DNA of 32,000 bases from Candidatus Lokiarchaeum ossiferum (GCA_025839675.1 CP104013.1:1830001-1862000), one strand, 5' to 3'. Counted from the first letter of the stretch, positions 1 through 8,916 are shown. Notes: generated by a model from the letters alone, not told the origin. Translations and numbers: made by a program.

Positions 1-573
1 TCTTGTTTTCCTTACACTAATATATTCAATATCTGGGGTGCATCAGCTATTCTAATATTCAAATATCGACGACGGCCTTCAATATATCAAATGCAGTTAC
101 ATGATTATATCGGTCTGAAATCAACTCAAATACTTGAAATGTGGATTCCAAAGACATATCGCTATGTATATAAAAAATTTAAATGGTTTCCATTCAAGCG
201 TCACGCCCGGAAAGCCCCTTCATTGATAGTTTCTAAATCCCAAACACGATTAGAGCATTATATATACGGAAATATTGCACATATTCTTCCCAAACGGAAG
301 TACTTCATGCGATTTCGCAATCTTGGGCAAACAACTTATGATGATTATGCAAAAGGCATACTTCCGCAGTCAGAGTGGGATATGCTCCACACGCTACCAA
401 AATTTTCAGGATATTTCAATCATATCTTTGAAATGAATGATCTTAGTTACTTTGATAAAATTCAAGATGAATTGGAGATACAGGGAGTTCATTTCAAAGG
501 AATGTTCCTTCATGATATTATCGCATTTGAACTACTTCGTCGCCGCTTGGATTCAAAGATTATTCAGGTTTAG
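1..573 (+). CDS. IS-associated ORF A: probable N-terminal part of a split transposase (5' end open at window edge)
   Basis: Frame 1 has no stop from nt 1 to TAG 571-573 (the track starts it at ATG 91), so the ORF may continue upstream of the window. It ends 5 nt before the DDE-domain ORF, which lies in a different frame. That frame is open from nt 531, giving a ~40-nt open overlap as in frameshift-split IS transposases. No family motif recognised in this part. Confidence 0.35.
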   Translation, partial: SCFPYTNIFNIWGASAILIFKYRRRPSIYQMQLHDYIGLKSTQILEMWIPKTYRYVYKKFKWFPFKRHARKAPSLIVSKSQTRLEHYIYGNIAHILPKRKYFMRFRNLGQTTYDDYAKGILPQSEWDMLHTLPKFSGYFNHIFEMNDLSYFDKIQDELEIQGVHFKGMFLHDIIAFELLRRRLDSKIIQV

Positions 574-578
574 AAAAA

Positions 579-1580
579 ATGTCATATTTTATTGGTGATA
601 ATCCTTTGAAGGGGATTTTACATGATTCTTACTACTTTCCCTCCGCGGATGATATCAGTTATATTATGAATCGTATCCCTCTTTCCCGAGTCATGGATTA
701 TTTTCATAACTTAGTTCGTGAAGCTATTGATCTTAGGATAATCATTCCTAGAATCATGATTTTTGATGGTCAATTTGTCAGAACGAACTGTAACAACAAT
801 AAAAATTCAAAAACAACAAAGTATAATGATAGTGATGCTGGATATTATCGTCATTCAGGGAAGAAGCTTGGTGTTGGATTTGTTCATTGGACACTTTATG
901 CGTATTGTGGGAGCTGGAAACGGGCACTTCCAATACATTTTGAGACTTTTCCAGGCAATATGAACGATAAACCAGCATCCCGCAAAACCTTTACCGCTTT
1001 TAATAATCTTAAAATTGGAGAGTGGAAGATGGTGATGGGTGATACAGGTACGTATTGTAAGAAAAGTCTGGAATTTTATCAAGATCGGGGCATTTTTCCT
1101 TTGCTTCGTGCACCAAAACACCTTAAAACTCATCCAACTCGGGAATTAAAAAAAGGATTTTGGTTTAATTCCGATTATTTTCCACCTGGATGGACAGAGC
1201 AAGACATATTATTAATGTATGCTCAACGACCTTTAGTTGAAGCAGGTCAATCTGCAAACCCTACATTTTATAATCAAAAACGATTAAATACTCGTGGATT
1301 GAATATGGCCCACCTTCATCGTACCTTAACATATATACTGGATTTAATGCGAGCAATTACAGCATATAAATTAGGTAGAACTGACTTATTGACGAAATTA
1401 AGTGCATTTTCAACTGGAAGGGAGTTTAAAACAAACTCTATGTGGATTAAACTAGCACGAGATTCAGGTTTTTGTCAACTTCAAGAGATTGCTTTAAATC
1501 CACGACAAAAAGCATTTTGGGATAAACGTCGGAAGTGGGAAGCAGAATTAAGAAAAAAACGAAAAAACGGTAAATTTTAA
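579..1580 (+). CDS. DDE transposase catalytic domain, IS4/IS5-superfamily-like
   Basis: Candidate catalytic contexts read from the translation: IMIFDGQFVRT (D1); MVMGDTGTYCKKSLEFYQDRGIFPLLRAPK (D2, resembling the aDxGY...gi...r.k block of DDE_Tnp_1-type enzymes); YAQRPLVEAGQSANPTFYNQKRL (Y-x2-R-x3-E signature of IS4-type transposases). The spacing and order D..D..E fit. Confidence 0.6.
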   Translation: MSYFIGDNPLKGILHDSYYFPSADDISYIMNRIPLSRVMDYFHNLVREAIDLRIIIPRIMIFDGQFVRTNCNNNKNSKTTKYNDSDAGYYRHSGKKLGVGFVHWTLYAYCGSWKRALPIHFETFPGNMNDKPASRKTFTAFNNLKIGEWKMVMGDTGTYCKKSLEFYQDRGIFPLLRAPKHLKTHPTRELKKGFWFNSDYFPPGWTEQDILLMYAQRPLVEAGQSANPTFYNQKRLNTRGLNMAHLHRTLTYILDLMRAITAYKLGRTDLLTKLSAFSTGREFKTNSMWIKLARDSGFCQLQEIALNPRQKAFWDKRRKWEAELRKKRKNGKF

Positions 1581-1604
1581 GTTTTTAAAATTCACTCAAT
1601 TAAA

Positions 1605-2747
1605 CTATTTTTTTTGAGATTTATTCCTCTGTGCTTGTTTTTTCATCTCTTTTTTGACAAACTGCATCAACTCATTTGCATACGAATTTTCTTCGAAGTG
1701 CGTACGAACTGGTTTTATGAGTTTCTCTAAATGTTCTATTACTGCCAATTTTAAATCCACAGGAGATAATTTTTCTTGGCTATAAGCATCTTCTAAAGCC
1801 GAGTAAGACTCAAAGATAATATTTCCCCCATATTTTTCAGGTCTTTTTATCTCAAAATCATCGAAACGTTCAAATATTATAAAATTACAATATTCCAAAA
1901 TTGGATTATCCTTAATCTCTCCAGGAGGACACCATGCTTTGTTAATTTTCCGCTTAATATCAGCATAAGTATCATCCATGAAAATTGCGGAATCAGGATT
2001 GGACTTACTCATTTTTCGAGCAATTTTTTTATCCATTTCATCCATTTCCGATTCTGGAGGTTTTACAAGCCCCATTAGCATATGATGATGTATAGCGGAA
2101 GGTTTATGTCTGTATCCAACAGAGCGAGCAACTTCCCTAGCAAGCATATTCACTTTTCTTTGATCCAATCCGAGTTGACAAATGTCTGCTTTTAATGTGA
2201 ATATGTCTGCGCACTGCATTAAAGGATATAATATTTGCGAGGATTGCAGAGAGTCTTCTGAAGTACGTCCCATTATTTGGGTGCAGCGAAGAACACGCTT
2301 CAAGCTTGAATTCATTGATATTTTAAGAACAAGTTCCCAATAAGCAGGATCTTTAACTAAATCTGAAGCATAAATGAATTCCACGCGTTCTAAATCAATT
2401 CCACAAGCTTTCCATACTTCAACAAAATAATCTCCCACTTTTTTAATTACATCTAAATTTCCACCAAATTTCTGATTTGCAGCAGCATGCCAATCAGCAA
2501 CAAACATAATAAATTTAACCCCTGCTTTTGTAAATTTATTGATGTTAATGGCTCGTAATAATCCTTGTGCAATATGGATTCTACCGGATGGCTCAAACCC
2601 ATCATAAGCGATAATTTGTCCAGGTTTCCTATTTTCCAATAACCATTCAAGATGTCCTTCATCTGCTACAATTTCTCCCCCGCGACCCACGCTTAGCAAT
2701 AAATTTAACTTTTCTTCATTACTTAACTCATTATTTCTAATACTCAT
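1605..2747 (-). CDS. tyrS: Tyrosyl-tRNA synthetase, archaeal/eukaryotic type
   Basis: Class I aaRS signatures GRIHIAQG (HIGH-type) and KMSKS. The blocks GFEPSG, ILYPLMQCADI, IKRPEKYGGN and LSPVDLKLAV parallel the Methanocaldococcus jannaschii TyrRS as I recall it (GFEPSGKIHLGH, IYPIMQVNDI, IKRPEKFGGD, LHPMDLKNAV). Confidence 0.9.
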   Translation of the reverse strand: MSIRNNELSNEEKLNLLLSVGRGGEIVADEGHLEWLLENRKPGQIIAYDGFEPSGRIHIAQGLLRAININKFTKAGVKFIMFVADWHAAANQKFGGNLDVIKKVGDYFVEVWKACGIDLERVEFIYASDLVKDPAYWELVLKISMNSSLKRVLRCTQIMGRTSEDSLQSSQILYPLMQCADIFTLKADICQLGLDQRKVNMLAREVARSVGYRHKPSAIHHHMLMGLVKPPESEMDEMDKKIARKMSKSNPDSAIFMDDTYADIKRKINKAWCPPGEIKDNPILEYCNFIIFERFDDFEIKRPEKYGGNIIFESYSALEDAYSQEKLSPVDLKLAVIEHLEKLIKPVRTHFEENSYANELMQFVKKEMKKQAQRNKSQKK

Positions 2748-2883
2748 AAAAAATTACAATGTAAAATGAAAAAAGAATTTAATCAATATTTCTATTCTTG
2801 ATAAAAAGAAAAACAACATTAATGTGTTGCATAATCTCAAAAAAATAAAATTAAATAGGTGTAAGTTTTTAGAAAAAACGAGG

Positions 2884-3603
2884 ATGAAAAAATCAACTCA
2901 GAAACCAGTCATTTTATTACTAATAATTTCAATTTTAGTACAAAATCAAGGGAATATGAGTTTTTGTCAAGGAAGCCAAAGCGATTACAATGTATCTAAT
3001 GGTGATGTTTTTATTTGGGAATTTAATGATGTAGATTTTGTAGACAACAACTATTACATTAAATTTATTATACAGGAGATTTATACAAATAATTCTATTA
3101 TCGGAGAAATTGAACGGTATTATCCATTTTTGAACGTTTCAATAAGCGAAACTGCATCAGATACTTCAATAATCAATCCCAAAGAAGAAATATATTTATT
3201 ACCCGATTTTGGTTTTTTTGGATTAGAATTCAATCAATCAATTTTTGTCAATACATCCCAACTTCAATATTATGAAGAAAGTGGAGTCCAAACTGATTTT
3301 ATTAAAATTGTTGACCAAGAAATTGAGTGTTTTGCACTTTCTGTTAACGGAAAAGAAATCTGGATTGAAAAGACTATGGGTGTTGTTGTTAAAGTTGATT
3401 ATGTCAAAGTGTACACGCTTGAATTAGTATCTTGGGAAAATGTAAATTTAATTGAATTTGCTCAAGCGAGGCATTTTGAGGATTCAAAAAATTCAATATA
3501 TTATATCTTAGTTTCCGTAGCAATTGCAGGATTGTTTATTGCTTCTCATTTAATGATTAGAAATTATAAAAAAAGAAAATTCTTAAAAAAAAAAGATTTG
3601 TAG
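2884..3603 (+). CDS. Hypothetical secreted protein with C-terminal membrane anchor
   Basis: ATG at 2884 gives MKKSTQKPVILLLIISILVQNQ, a signal-peptide-like N-terminus. The track start at 2824 is GTG and adds 20 non-hydrophobic residues. C-terminus YYILVSVAIAGLFIASHLMI followed by RNYKKRKFLKKKDL (TM plus basic tail). Several N-x-S/T sequons. No recognisable family. Confidence 0.5.
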   Translation: MKKSTQKPVILLLIISILVQNQGNMSFCQGSQSDYNVSNGDVFIWEFNDVDFVDNNYYIKFIIQEIYTNNSIIGEIERYYPFLNVSISETASDTSIINPKEEIYLLPDFGFFGLEFNQSIFVNTSQLQYYEESGVQTDFIKIVDQEIECFALSVNGKEIWIEKTMGVVVKVDYVKVYTLELVSWENVNLIEFAQARHFEDSKNSIYYILVSVAIAGLFIASHLMIRNYKKRKFLKKKDL

Positions 3604-3630
3604 TTTTTTAATTATTAATTAAAAAACGTA

Positions 3631-6315
3631 TTATAGTTTACCTTGTTCATCTAAAATTGCTGCATGAGCAGCTGCAACTCTAGCAACAGGTACTCGGAAA
3701 GGACTACAACTAACGTAGTTTAAACCATATTTGTGATATAACAAAATTGAATCGGGATCTCCACCAGTTTCACCACAAACACCCACCTTCAAATTAGGTC
3801 GGGTAGATCGGCCATCTTTTACGGAAATAGCAACCAATTTTCCGACTCCATTAGGATCTAAGTGTTCGAAAGGATTGTCTTTCATAATTGGTGGCTCAAT
3901 TTCATCGATATATTTCATCAAAAATTTGCTTTCAACGTCATCACGGCTAAATCCGTAAGTCATTTGAGTGAGATCGTTTGTTCCAAAGGAGAAGAATTCA
4001 GCGTGCTTTGCAATTTCATTAGATGTTAAAGCCGCTCGAGGAATTTCAATCATAGTTCCCCATTTAATCGTATTCTTTGGAGTGAAGTTTGCGCTTGCCA
4101 TAATTTCAGATGCAAGTGGTTTCAAAATTGAGACTAAACGAGTGAATTCATTGACATGAGAGACTAATGGTAACATTATTTCTAAATGAACATCAATTCC
4201 ATCGTTTTGAGATTCAATCAGAGCTTCAATTAGAGCACGAGCTTGCATTTTATAAATTTCAGGGTTGGTATTACCTAAACGAACCCCACGATGTCCAAGC
4301 ATAGCATTTTCTTCTTTTAACTCTTCATATTTCCGAATCATGAATTCCAATTCCTTGAAACGATCGCCATGATCTCCTTTTACTCGTAATTCGGTAAACT
4401 CAATCAACATTGTTTTATAATCAGGTAAAAATTCATGCAATGGAGGATCTAATAATCGCACAGTGACTGGCTTCCCGTTCATAGTTTTGAAAATTCCCTT
4501 AAAGTCACCTTTCTGGAGGGGTAAGAGAACATTTAAAGCCTTTTCACGTTCTTCTAAGGATTCGGCAACAATCATATCGACAACTTTAGGTAAGCGCTCT
4601 TCAGCATTGAACATTCGCTCAGTTCGACAGAGTCCGATACCTTCAGCACCATTTTTAATAGCATCGCTAGCCATTTGTGGAGTATCTGCATTCGTTCGTA
4701 CACCTAATTTACGGTATTTATCACATAATTCTAAATAACGTTGGAATTCGGCAGTTATTTCAGGATCAACAACATCAACTTCTCCAACATAAACATTACC
4801 AGCCAATCCGTCGATGGATATAATCGAACCTTCTTTGAAAACCACTTCACCACTAACTTTGGCAATACCAGCTTCTTCATCAATTTCCAAATCACCCGCT
4901 CCAACAATTGCAGGTAATCCAATCCCACGAGCAACCACTGCAGCATGACAGGTTTTTCCACCACGAGAAGTTAAAATTCCTATGGAAGCAATCATACCGG
5001 GGAAATCTTCAGGTTTGGTTTCTTTACGAACTAAAATAACTTTTTCTCCTGCCTTTTTCATCTCAATTGCTCTACCACAATCAAATACAGCCTTTCCAAA
5101 TACTGCGCCAGGGGAAGCATTGAATCCTTTTACAATAGGAGATTTACGTTCAGTAGGAGAAATACGTTTATGCAATAATTCTTCAATTTTTTCAGGGGCC
5201 ACTCGGAGAACTGCGGTTTTTTCATCGATATATTGTTCATCCATCATATCAATGGCAATTTTCACTGCAGCACTTGCGGTTCGTTTGCCCACTCGAGTTT
5301 GCAAGAAGAAGAGTTTTTTATTTTCAACCGTAAATTCACAATCTTGCATATCCTTATAATGATCTTCTAATTTATTAGCCAATCCAAAAATTTCTTCAAC
5401 AATCTCAGGTCTTTCTTTTTGTAAATCATCCATACTCATTGGAGTACGAACCCCTGCAACAACATCTTCACCTTGAGCGTTTATTAAAAATTCACCCATA
5501 ATTTTCTTTTCTCCATCCATTGGAGATCGGGTGAACAAGACACCTGTTCCAGAATCATCATTTAAATTTCCAAAAACCATTCTCATAACATTAACTGCAG
5601 TCCCATAGTTTGGAATTTTATTCATTTTCCGGTAGGCTACCGCACGTTCACTATCCCATGAAACAAACACAGCATTAATTGCACCAAAAAGTTGAACCCA
5701 TGGATCTTCTGGAAATTCTGTACTTAATAATTTTTTATATTCAATTAAATATAAATCGCCTAATTCTTTCATTTCTGCAGCGCTTAATTCGATATCAAGT
5801 TTCTTACCTTTCTTTTCTTTATAATCTTCCATGATTTCATCATAAGGTTCTCGACCCGTCTCTTTTACGATATCAGAATAAGACATAATAAATCGGCGCC
5901 AAGAATCCCAAGCGAAACGTTCATTGGATTCAGCCATTTTTTCTGCAATTGCTTTGGACATTCCTAAGTTTAATACAGTATCCATCATTCCAGGCATGGA
6001 AACGGGTGCCCCAGATCGAACAGATAATAGTAAAGGTTTGTTAATATCACCAAAGACATACCCACTTTTCTTTTCAAGTTTCGCTATACTCTCTTTTACT
6101 TGATCTTTTAAAGCACTTGGCATCTCGTGATGCTCTGCATAGTGTAAACTATGTTTGCAAGGAATTACAAAACCATATGGAATTGGAAGCCCTAAAGAGG
6201 TCATATTTGCTAATCCGGCACCTTTTCCGCCGAAAAATTCTTTCAATTCGGAAGTAGTCTTGAATTTGGATGGATCTACTTCATCGAACATGTATACAAT
6301 TCTTTCTTCTGACAT
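3631..6315 (-). CDS. ppdK: Pyruvate, phosphate dikinase
   Basis: N-terminal nucleotide-binding block GGKGAGLANM, phosphohistidine swivel motif GGKTCHAAVVARG, and C-terminal PEP/pyruvate-domain motifs FFSFGTNDLTQ and VGVCGE. A length of ~890 aa is typical of PPDK. ATG at 6315 (MSEERIVYMFDE) is preferred over the TTG at 6345 used by the track. Confidence 0.95.
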   Translation of the reverse strand: MSEERIVYMFDEVDPSKFKTTSELKEFFGGKGAGLANMTSLGLPIPYGFVIPCKHSLHYAEHHEMPSALKDQVKESIAKLEKKSGYVFGDINKPLLLSVRSGAPVSMPGMMDTVLNLGMSKAIAEKMAESNERFAWDSWRRFIMSYSDIVKETGREPYDEIMEDYKEKKGKKLDIELSAAEMKELGDLYLIEYKKLLSTEFPEDPWVQLFGAINAVFVSWDSERAVAYRKMNKIPNYGTAVNVMRMVFGNLNDDSGTGVLFTRSPMDGEKKIMGEFLINAQGEDVVAGVRTPMSMDDLQKERPEIVEEIFGLANKLEDHYKDMQDCEFTVENKKLFFLQTRVGKRTASAAVKIAIDMMDEQYIDEKTAVLRVAPEKIEELLHKRISPTERKSPIVKGFNASPGAVFGKAVFDCGRAIEMKKAGEKVILVRKETKPEDFPGMIASIGILTSRGGKTCHAAVVARGIGLPAIVGAGDLEIDEEAGIAKVSGEVVFKEGSIISIDGLAGNVYVGEVDVVDPEITAEFQRYLELCDKYRKLGVRTNADTPQMASDAIKNGAEGIGLCRTERMFNAEERLPKVVDMIVAESLEEREKALNVLLPLQKGDFKGIFKTMNGKPVTVRLLDPPLHEFLPDYKTMLIEFTELRVKGDHGDRFKELEFMIRKYEELKEENAMLGHRGVRLGNTNPEIYKMQARALIEALIESQNDGIDVHLEIMLPLVSHVNEFTRLVSILKPLASEIMASANFTPKNTIKWGTMIEIPRAALTSNEIAKHAEFFSFGTNDLTQMTYGFSRDDVESKFLMKYIDEIEPPIMKDNPFEHLDPNGVGKLVAISVKDGRSTRPNLKVGVCGETGGDPDSILLYHKYGLNYVSCSPFRVPVARVAAAHAAILDEQGKL

Positions 6316-6628
6316 ATTGATATCATCTAATTTTGTGAGTCTCAAACTAAAAAAAAACGCTTCTAGCTGAGATATTCTGAGTTTTTAAAAGGAAGGAAAA
6401 GATTAAAGATTTACGATTTAGAATAAGCCAATGTTGATTTCCAACATTTCTTTTCAAAAAGAGATCATATTTTTGCATATAGTAGTTGTAGGACTACGAT
6501 TTTGAACATAATTTATCATTTTTTTTCTTAATAAACACCTTCCTTATTTCAGTTGAAATGACCTTAATTCGAGTTTACTAAATCATAAAGGTCGTTTATA
6601 ATAAATATATTAACTCTCATTATACCTT

Positions 6629-7342
6629 GTGGTATCTTCATTTCAAAAAACTTTGACAAATGAAGTAATTAGGAAAGAAATAAAAAAAAAAAAGATAAAA
6701 AACAGTAACTTAAAGGAAAAATCTAAAATTAGAATCCCAAATTTTGCAACAAAGTTAAACAGAAAATTGGATTTTTATGATCCCATCTTAAAATTGAAAA
6801 AACAAGTCGATTCTGGAATAATGATTCAAAATAAAGAAACAATTTTGATAAAATCAATATTAGACCAAAAAAAAGAAGTCGCTAGTCTTAAAGATGAAAT
6901 CAAAAAATTGCAACAAAAAAACAAGGAAGATAATGAATTTCTTAAAGAATTATTGTTGAAGGCATTAGAAGTACCTAAAATCCCTCAAATGATACCCATG
7001 AATTATTCTCAATTTATACCTCCTATAAATGCCAATCCATCTTATTCCACAACACAATCTTCATTTTCACCTCCACCGCCACCACCAAGTAAACAAAGTA
7101 AACCCCCACAAAGCTATCAAGCACCAAATACTGGAAATCTAAAAAAGGATTATATTCAAGAAATCCAACAAATTTTTACAGGAGATATTTTAAAACCGTC
7201 TCAAATAGTTCAAACAACCAAACCCAGACATTTAGAGCATGAAGTTGAAGAAATAAGTGACAATTTTGAAATTCCACCGATTGATATCATTTCAACAGCC
7301 AAAAATTTTATTTCTTCCTCAGAAAATATGATCCAAGCTTGA
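6629..7342 (+). CDS. Hypothetical Lys-rich coiled-coil protein with poly-proline tract
   Basis: ORF with a GTG start at 6629 (start uncertain). Heptad-like segment KKEVASLKDEIKKLQQKNKEDNEFLKELLLKALE. Pro-rich region including SPPPPPPS (nt 7070-7087). No TM or signal peptide. Ends 58 nt upstream of the GTPase gene on the same strand. Confidence 0.45.
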   Translation: MVSSFQKTLTNEVIRKEIKKKKIKNSNLKEKSKIRIPNFATKLNRKLDFYDPILKLKKQVDSGIMIQNKETILIKSILDQKKEVASLKDEIKKLQQKNKEDNEFLKELLLKALEVPKIPQMIPMNYSQFIPPINANPSYSTTQSSFSPPPPPPSKQSKPPQSYQAPNTGNLKKDYIQEIQQIFTGDILKPSQIVQTTKPRHLEHEVEEISDNFEIPPIDIISTAKNFISSSENMIQA

Positions 7343-7399
7343 AGAATCCAAAAAAGTATTTTTTTCGGATTTTTTTAATCCTGCCCTAAAGAACTAATT

Positions 7400-7981
7400 A
7401 TGTATAAAAAAATTTGTAAAATTGTCATCGCAGGTGATGGTGGAACAGGAAAAACAACCTTGATCAATTCAATGAAAACAAATTGTTTTTCTTACGCATC
7501 AAAAATTACGATTGGAGTCGATTTTGCATGTTTTCCAGTTCAAATTAAATCTTCTCCCGACCAAGAAATTACTTTTCTTATTTATGATCTTGGGGGTCAA
7601 AAACGTTTTCATTTCATGCATTCTTCCTACATTATCGGATCAAAAGCCGCAATAATTCTTTATGATTTAAATCGACCAAAAACTTTTGAAAATCTGGAGT
7701 ATTGGATTACTATTTTGCAAAAGGAAAATCCCTACATGCCCATCCTCATAGGAGGTGCTAAAAAGGACTTAACTCAGCCAACAGACATAAAGTATTATCG
7801 AAAAAAATGGCAGATATTATTTCAACAAATAGAAAATTCACAATATATCATTGATCACATAGTAATTTCTTCCAAGACTCGAGAAGGAATTGAAAACATT
7901 TTTCAAAAAATTGGTCAAGCAGTTCTTCAACCAGAAATTATTTTAAAACAACATAATTACGCCAAATTTAAAAATATTTAG
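7400..7981 (+). CDS. Small GTPase, Ras superfamily, Rab-like
   Basis: G1 GDGGTGKTT, switch-I TIGVDF (Rab RabF1-like IGVDF), G3 YDLGGQKRF, G4 variant GGAKKDL (AKKD instead of NKxD), G5 ISSKT. The 193-aa length is typical. No C-terminal Cys prenylation motif (ends KFKNI). Confidence 0.85.
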   Translation: MYKKICKIVIAGDGGTGKTTLINSMKTNCFSYASKITIGVDFACFPVQIKSSPDQEITFLIYDLGGQKRFHFMHSSYIIGSKAAIILYDLNRPKTFENLEYWITILQKENPYMPILIGGAKKDLTQPTDIKYYRKKWQILFQQIENSQYIIDHIVISSKTREGIENIFQKIGQAVLQPEIILKQHNYAKFKNI

Positions 7982-8616
7982 ACATCTGCTATGATTTTTT
8001 TCTGTAATAAAGATTTCAGATACATCTCTTGAATATTTTCAGAATATTGATACCATTTTTCGGAATTTTCCTTTAAAATTAATTTAATCAAATTCACCTG
8101 TTCAAAATTATAGTCTTTCAATATAAATTTGTATTTTTCTATTAATTTTTCTATTTCATCGGAGATATTTTTGTGATCAATGAGATTTTGATTTTTTTTT
8201 TTCGTTTGTTTAAAAAATCGTATGTACTTGTAAAGCGAAAGGCTGAAAGCAACACCAATATTTGGGAAAACAATAAGATTATAAAAATTTTCGAGTCTAA
8301 AGATGATAACAAAGGTAAGATGCACAAAAAGACAAAATAGCTGAATAATAACTGAAAAGAACTTATTATCACTCTTTGAATCTTTTTGAACATAACAAAA
8401 TAAGGATATATATACTGAAAATGTCCCAATTTCATACAATTCTATATTATCTACCAAAATTAGTCCAACTAATGGAAACATTGAGAAAATCAGAAAAAGA
8501 TATAATATTCGATTAGTTTTTGTATTATTTTGCCTCGTTCTTGTGAAAATCAAGACCCAGAAAAAAAAGAAGATTGAATAAATACTGGTAAACAAAATAG
8601 TTTCGAGCAGATTCAT
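7978..8616 (-). CDS. Hypothetical membrane protein (about 4-5 TM) with a soluble C-terminal helical region
   Basis: ATG at 8616. Hydrophobic spans LLETILFTSIYSIFFFFWVLIF, ILYLFLIFSMFPLVGLILV, FSVIIQLFCLFVHLTFVIIF and others. Charged C-terminal ~70 aa. Its stop codon overlaps the GTPase stop (TTAG at 7978-7981). Confidence 0.5.
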   Translation of the reverse strand: MNLLETILFTSIYSIFFFFWVLIFTRTRQNNTKTNRILYLFLIFSMFPLVGLILVDNIELYEIGTFSVYISLFCYVQKDSKSDNKFFSVIIQLFCLFVHLTFVIIFRLENFYNLIVFPNIGVAFSLSLYKYIRFFKQTKKKNQNLIDHKNISDEIEKLIEKYKFILKDYNFEQVNLIKLILKENSEKWYQYSENIQEMYLKSLLQKKIIADV

Positions 8617-8686
8617 TCGTTATTATATTCAAGTTCCACTATACATAAATAATTTTGCGGATCAATGAAATAAAGGAGTTAATAAG

Positions 8687-8760
8687 TAGGCCCGGGGGGA
8701 TTTGAACCCTCGAAAACTGGGTTCGCAACCCAGCGCCCTTCCAGGCTAGACAACGGGCCT
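8687..8760 (-). tRNA. tRNA-Arg (anticodon GCG)
   Basis: Cloverleaf folded by hand from the reverse complement. Acceptor AGGCCCG/CGGGCCT (7 bp). D stem GTCT/GGGC. Anticodon stem CTGGG/CCCAG with loop TTGCGAA. 5-nt variable loop. T arm GAGGG-TTCAAAT-CCCCC (one A:C mismatch). Discriminator A. No encoded CCA and no intron. Confidence 0.9.
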
Positions 8761-8916
8761 TTCCTTAGAAAGTGAAAAAAACAAATCCGACTAAATTCAA
8801 TATCGAAATCTTTTTCCTTCCAATCAAATGAATTTCTAATGGATAAAAAATTTTTCGGCTCGAATGAACATATCAAAGATCATCTTAAATAGAACTTCTT
8901 ATCCACATACTAGATA

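Larger units (their letters stand above)
1..1604 (+). mobile_element. Partial IS-like element (ends not identified; left end probably outside the window)
   Basis: Two consecutive transposase-type ORFs in different frames. No terminal inverted repeats found between nt 1-90 and nt 1581-1640. The right boundary is only constrained by the convergent tyrS stop at 1605. Confidence 0.35.

Noticed and set aside
531-579. Possible programmed -1 frameshift site joining the two transposase ORFs (note the A6 run at 574-579)
   Set aside because: The A-run lies after the ORF A stop codon, and no X-XXY-YYZ heptamer occurs within the open overlap in the ORF A frame. A programmed frameshift cannot be claimed.
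3968-6370. Several 60-125-aa plus-strand ORFs (3968-4159, 4463-4738, 4982-5359, 6155-6370), plus the minus-strand out-of-frame ORF 4755-4964, all inside ppdK
   Set aside because: They are antisense or out of frame relative to a strongly supported, conserved 890-aa gene. Their low-complexity translations are typical shadow ORFs.
6429-6447. 7-bp perfect hairpin AATGTTG-ATTTC-CAACATT in the ppdK upstream region
   Set aside because: It is short and AT-rich, so it is expected by chance in 280 nt of AT-rich spacer. It has no positional relation to a start codon or TATA element that I could establish.
6682-6693. A12 homopolymer within the 6629-7342 ORF; similar A/T10-11 runs at 8192-8202 and 14322-14331
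   Set aside because: They encode Lys runs in a very AT-rich genome. Slippage-based phase variation is conceivable, but no evidence for it is visible in a single sequence.
7136-7200. LKK-containing segment (NTGNLKKDYIQEIQQIF) after the poly-Pro tract as a possible WH2 actin-binding motif
   Set aside because: The LKK is not preceded by the amphipathic helix required for WH2, and LKK is expected by chance in a Lys-rich proteome.
7978-7981. Convergent GTPase and membrane-protein genes sharing overlapping stop codons (TTAG)
   Set aside because: The overlap is real, but it is a common consequence of compact genomes. No functional inference is justified.
8687-8760. A50:C64 mismatch in the tRNA T-stem as a sign of a pseudo-tRNA
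   Set aside because: All other stems, loop sizes, the TTCAAAT T-loop and the anticodon loop are canonical. A single mismatch is tolerated in genuine tRNAs.
8679-8876. 65-aa minus-strand ORF from the track
   Set aside because: Its 3' part is simply the translation of the tRNA-Arg gene (8687-8760), and the rest is its upstream spacer. There is no coding support.
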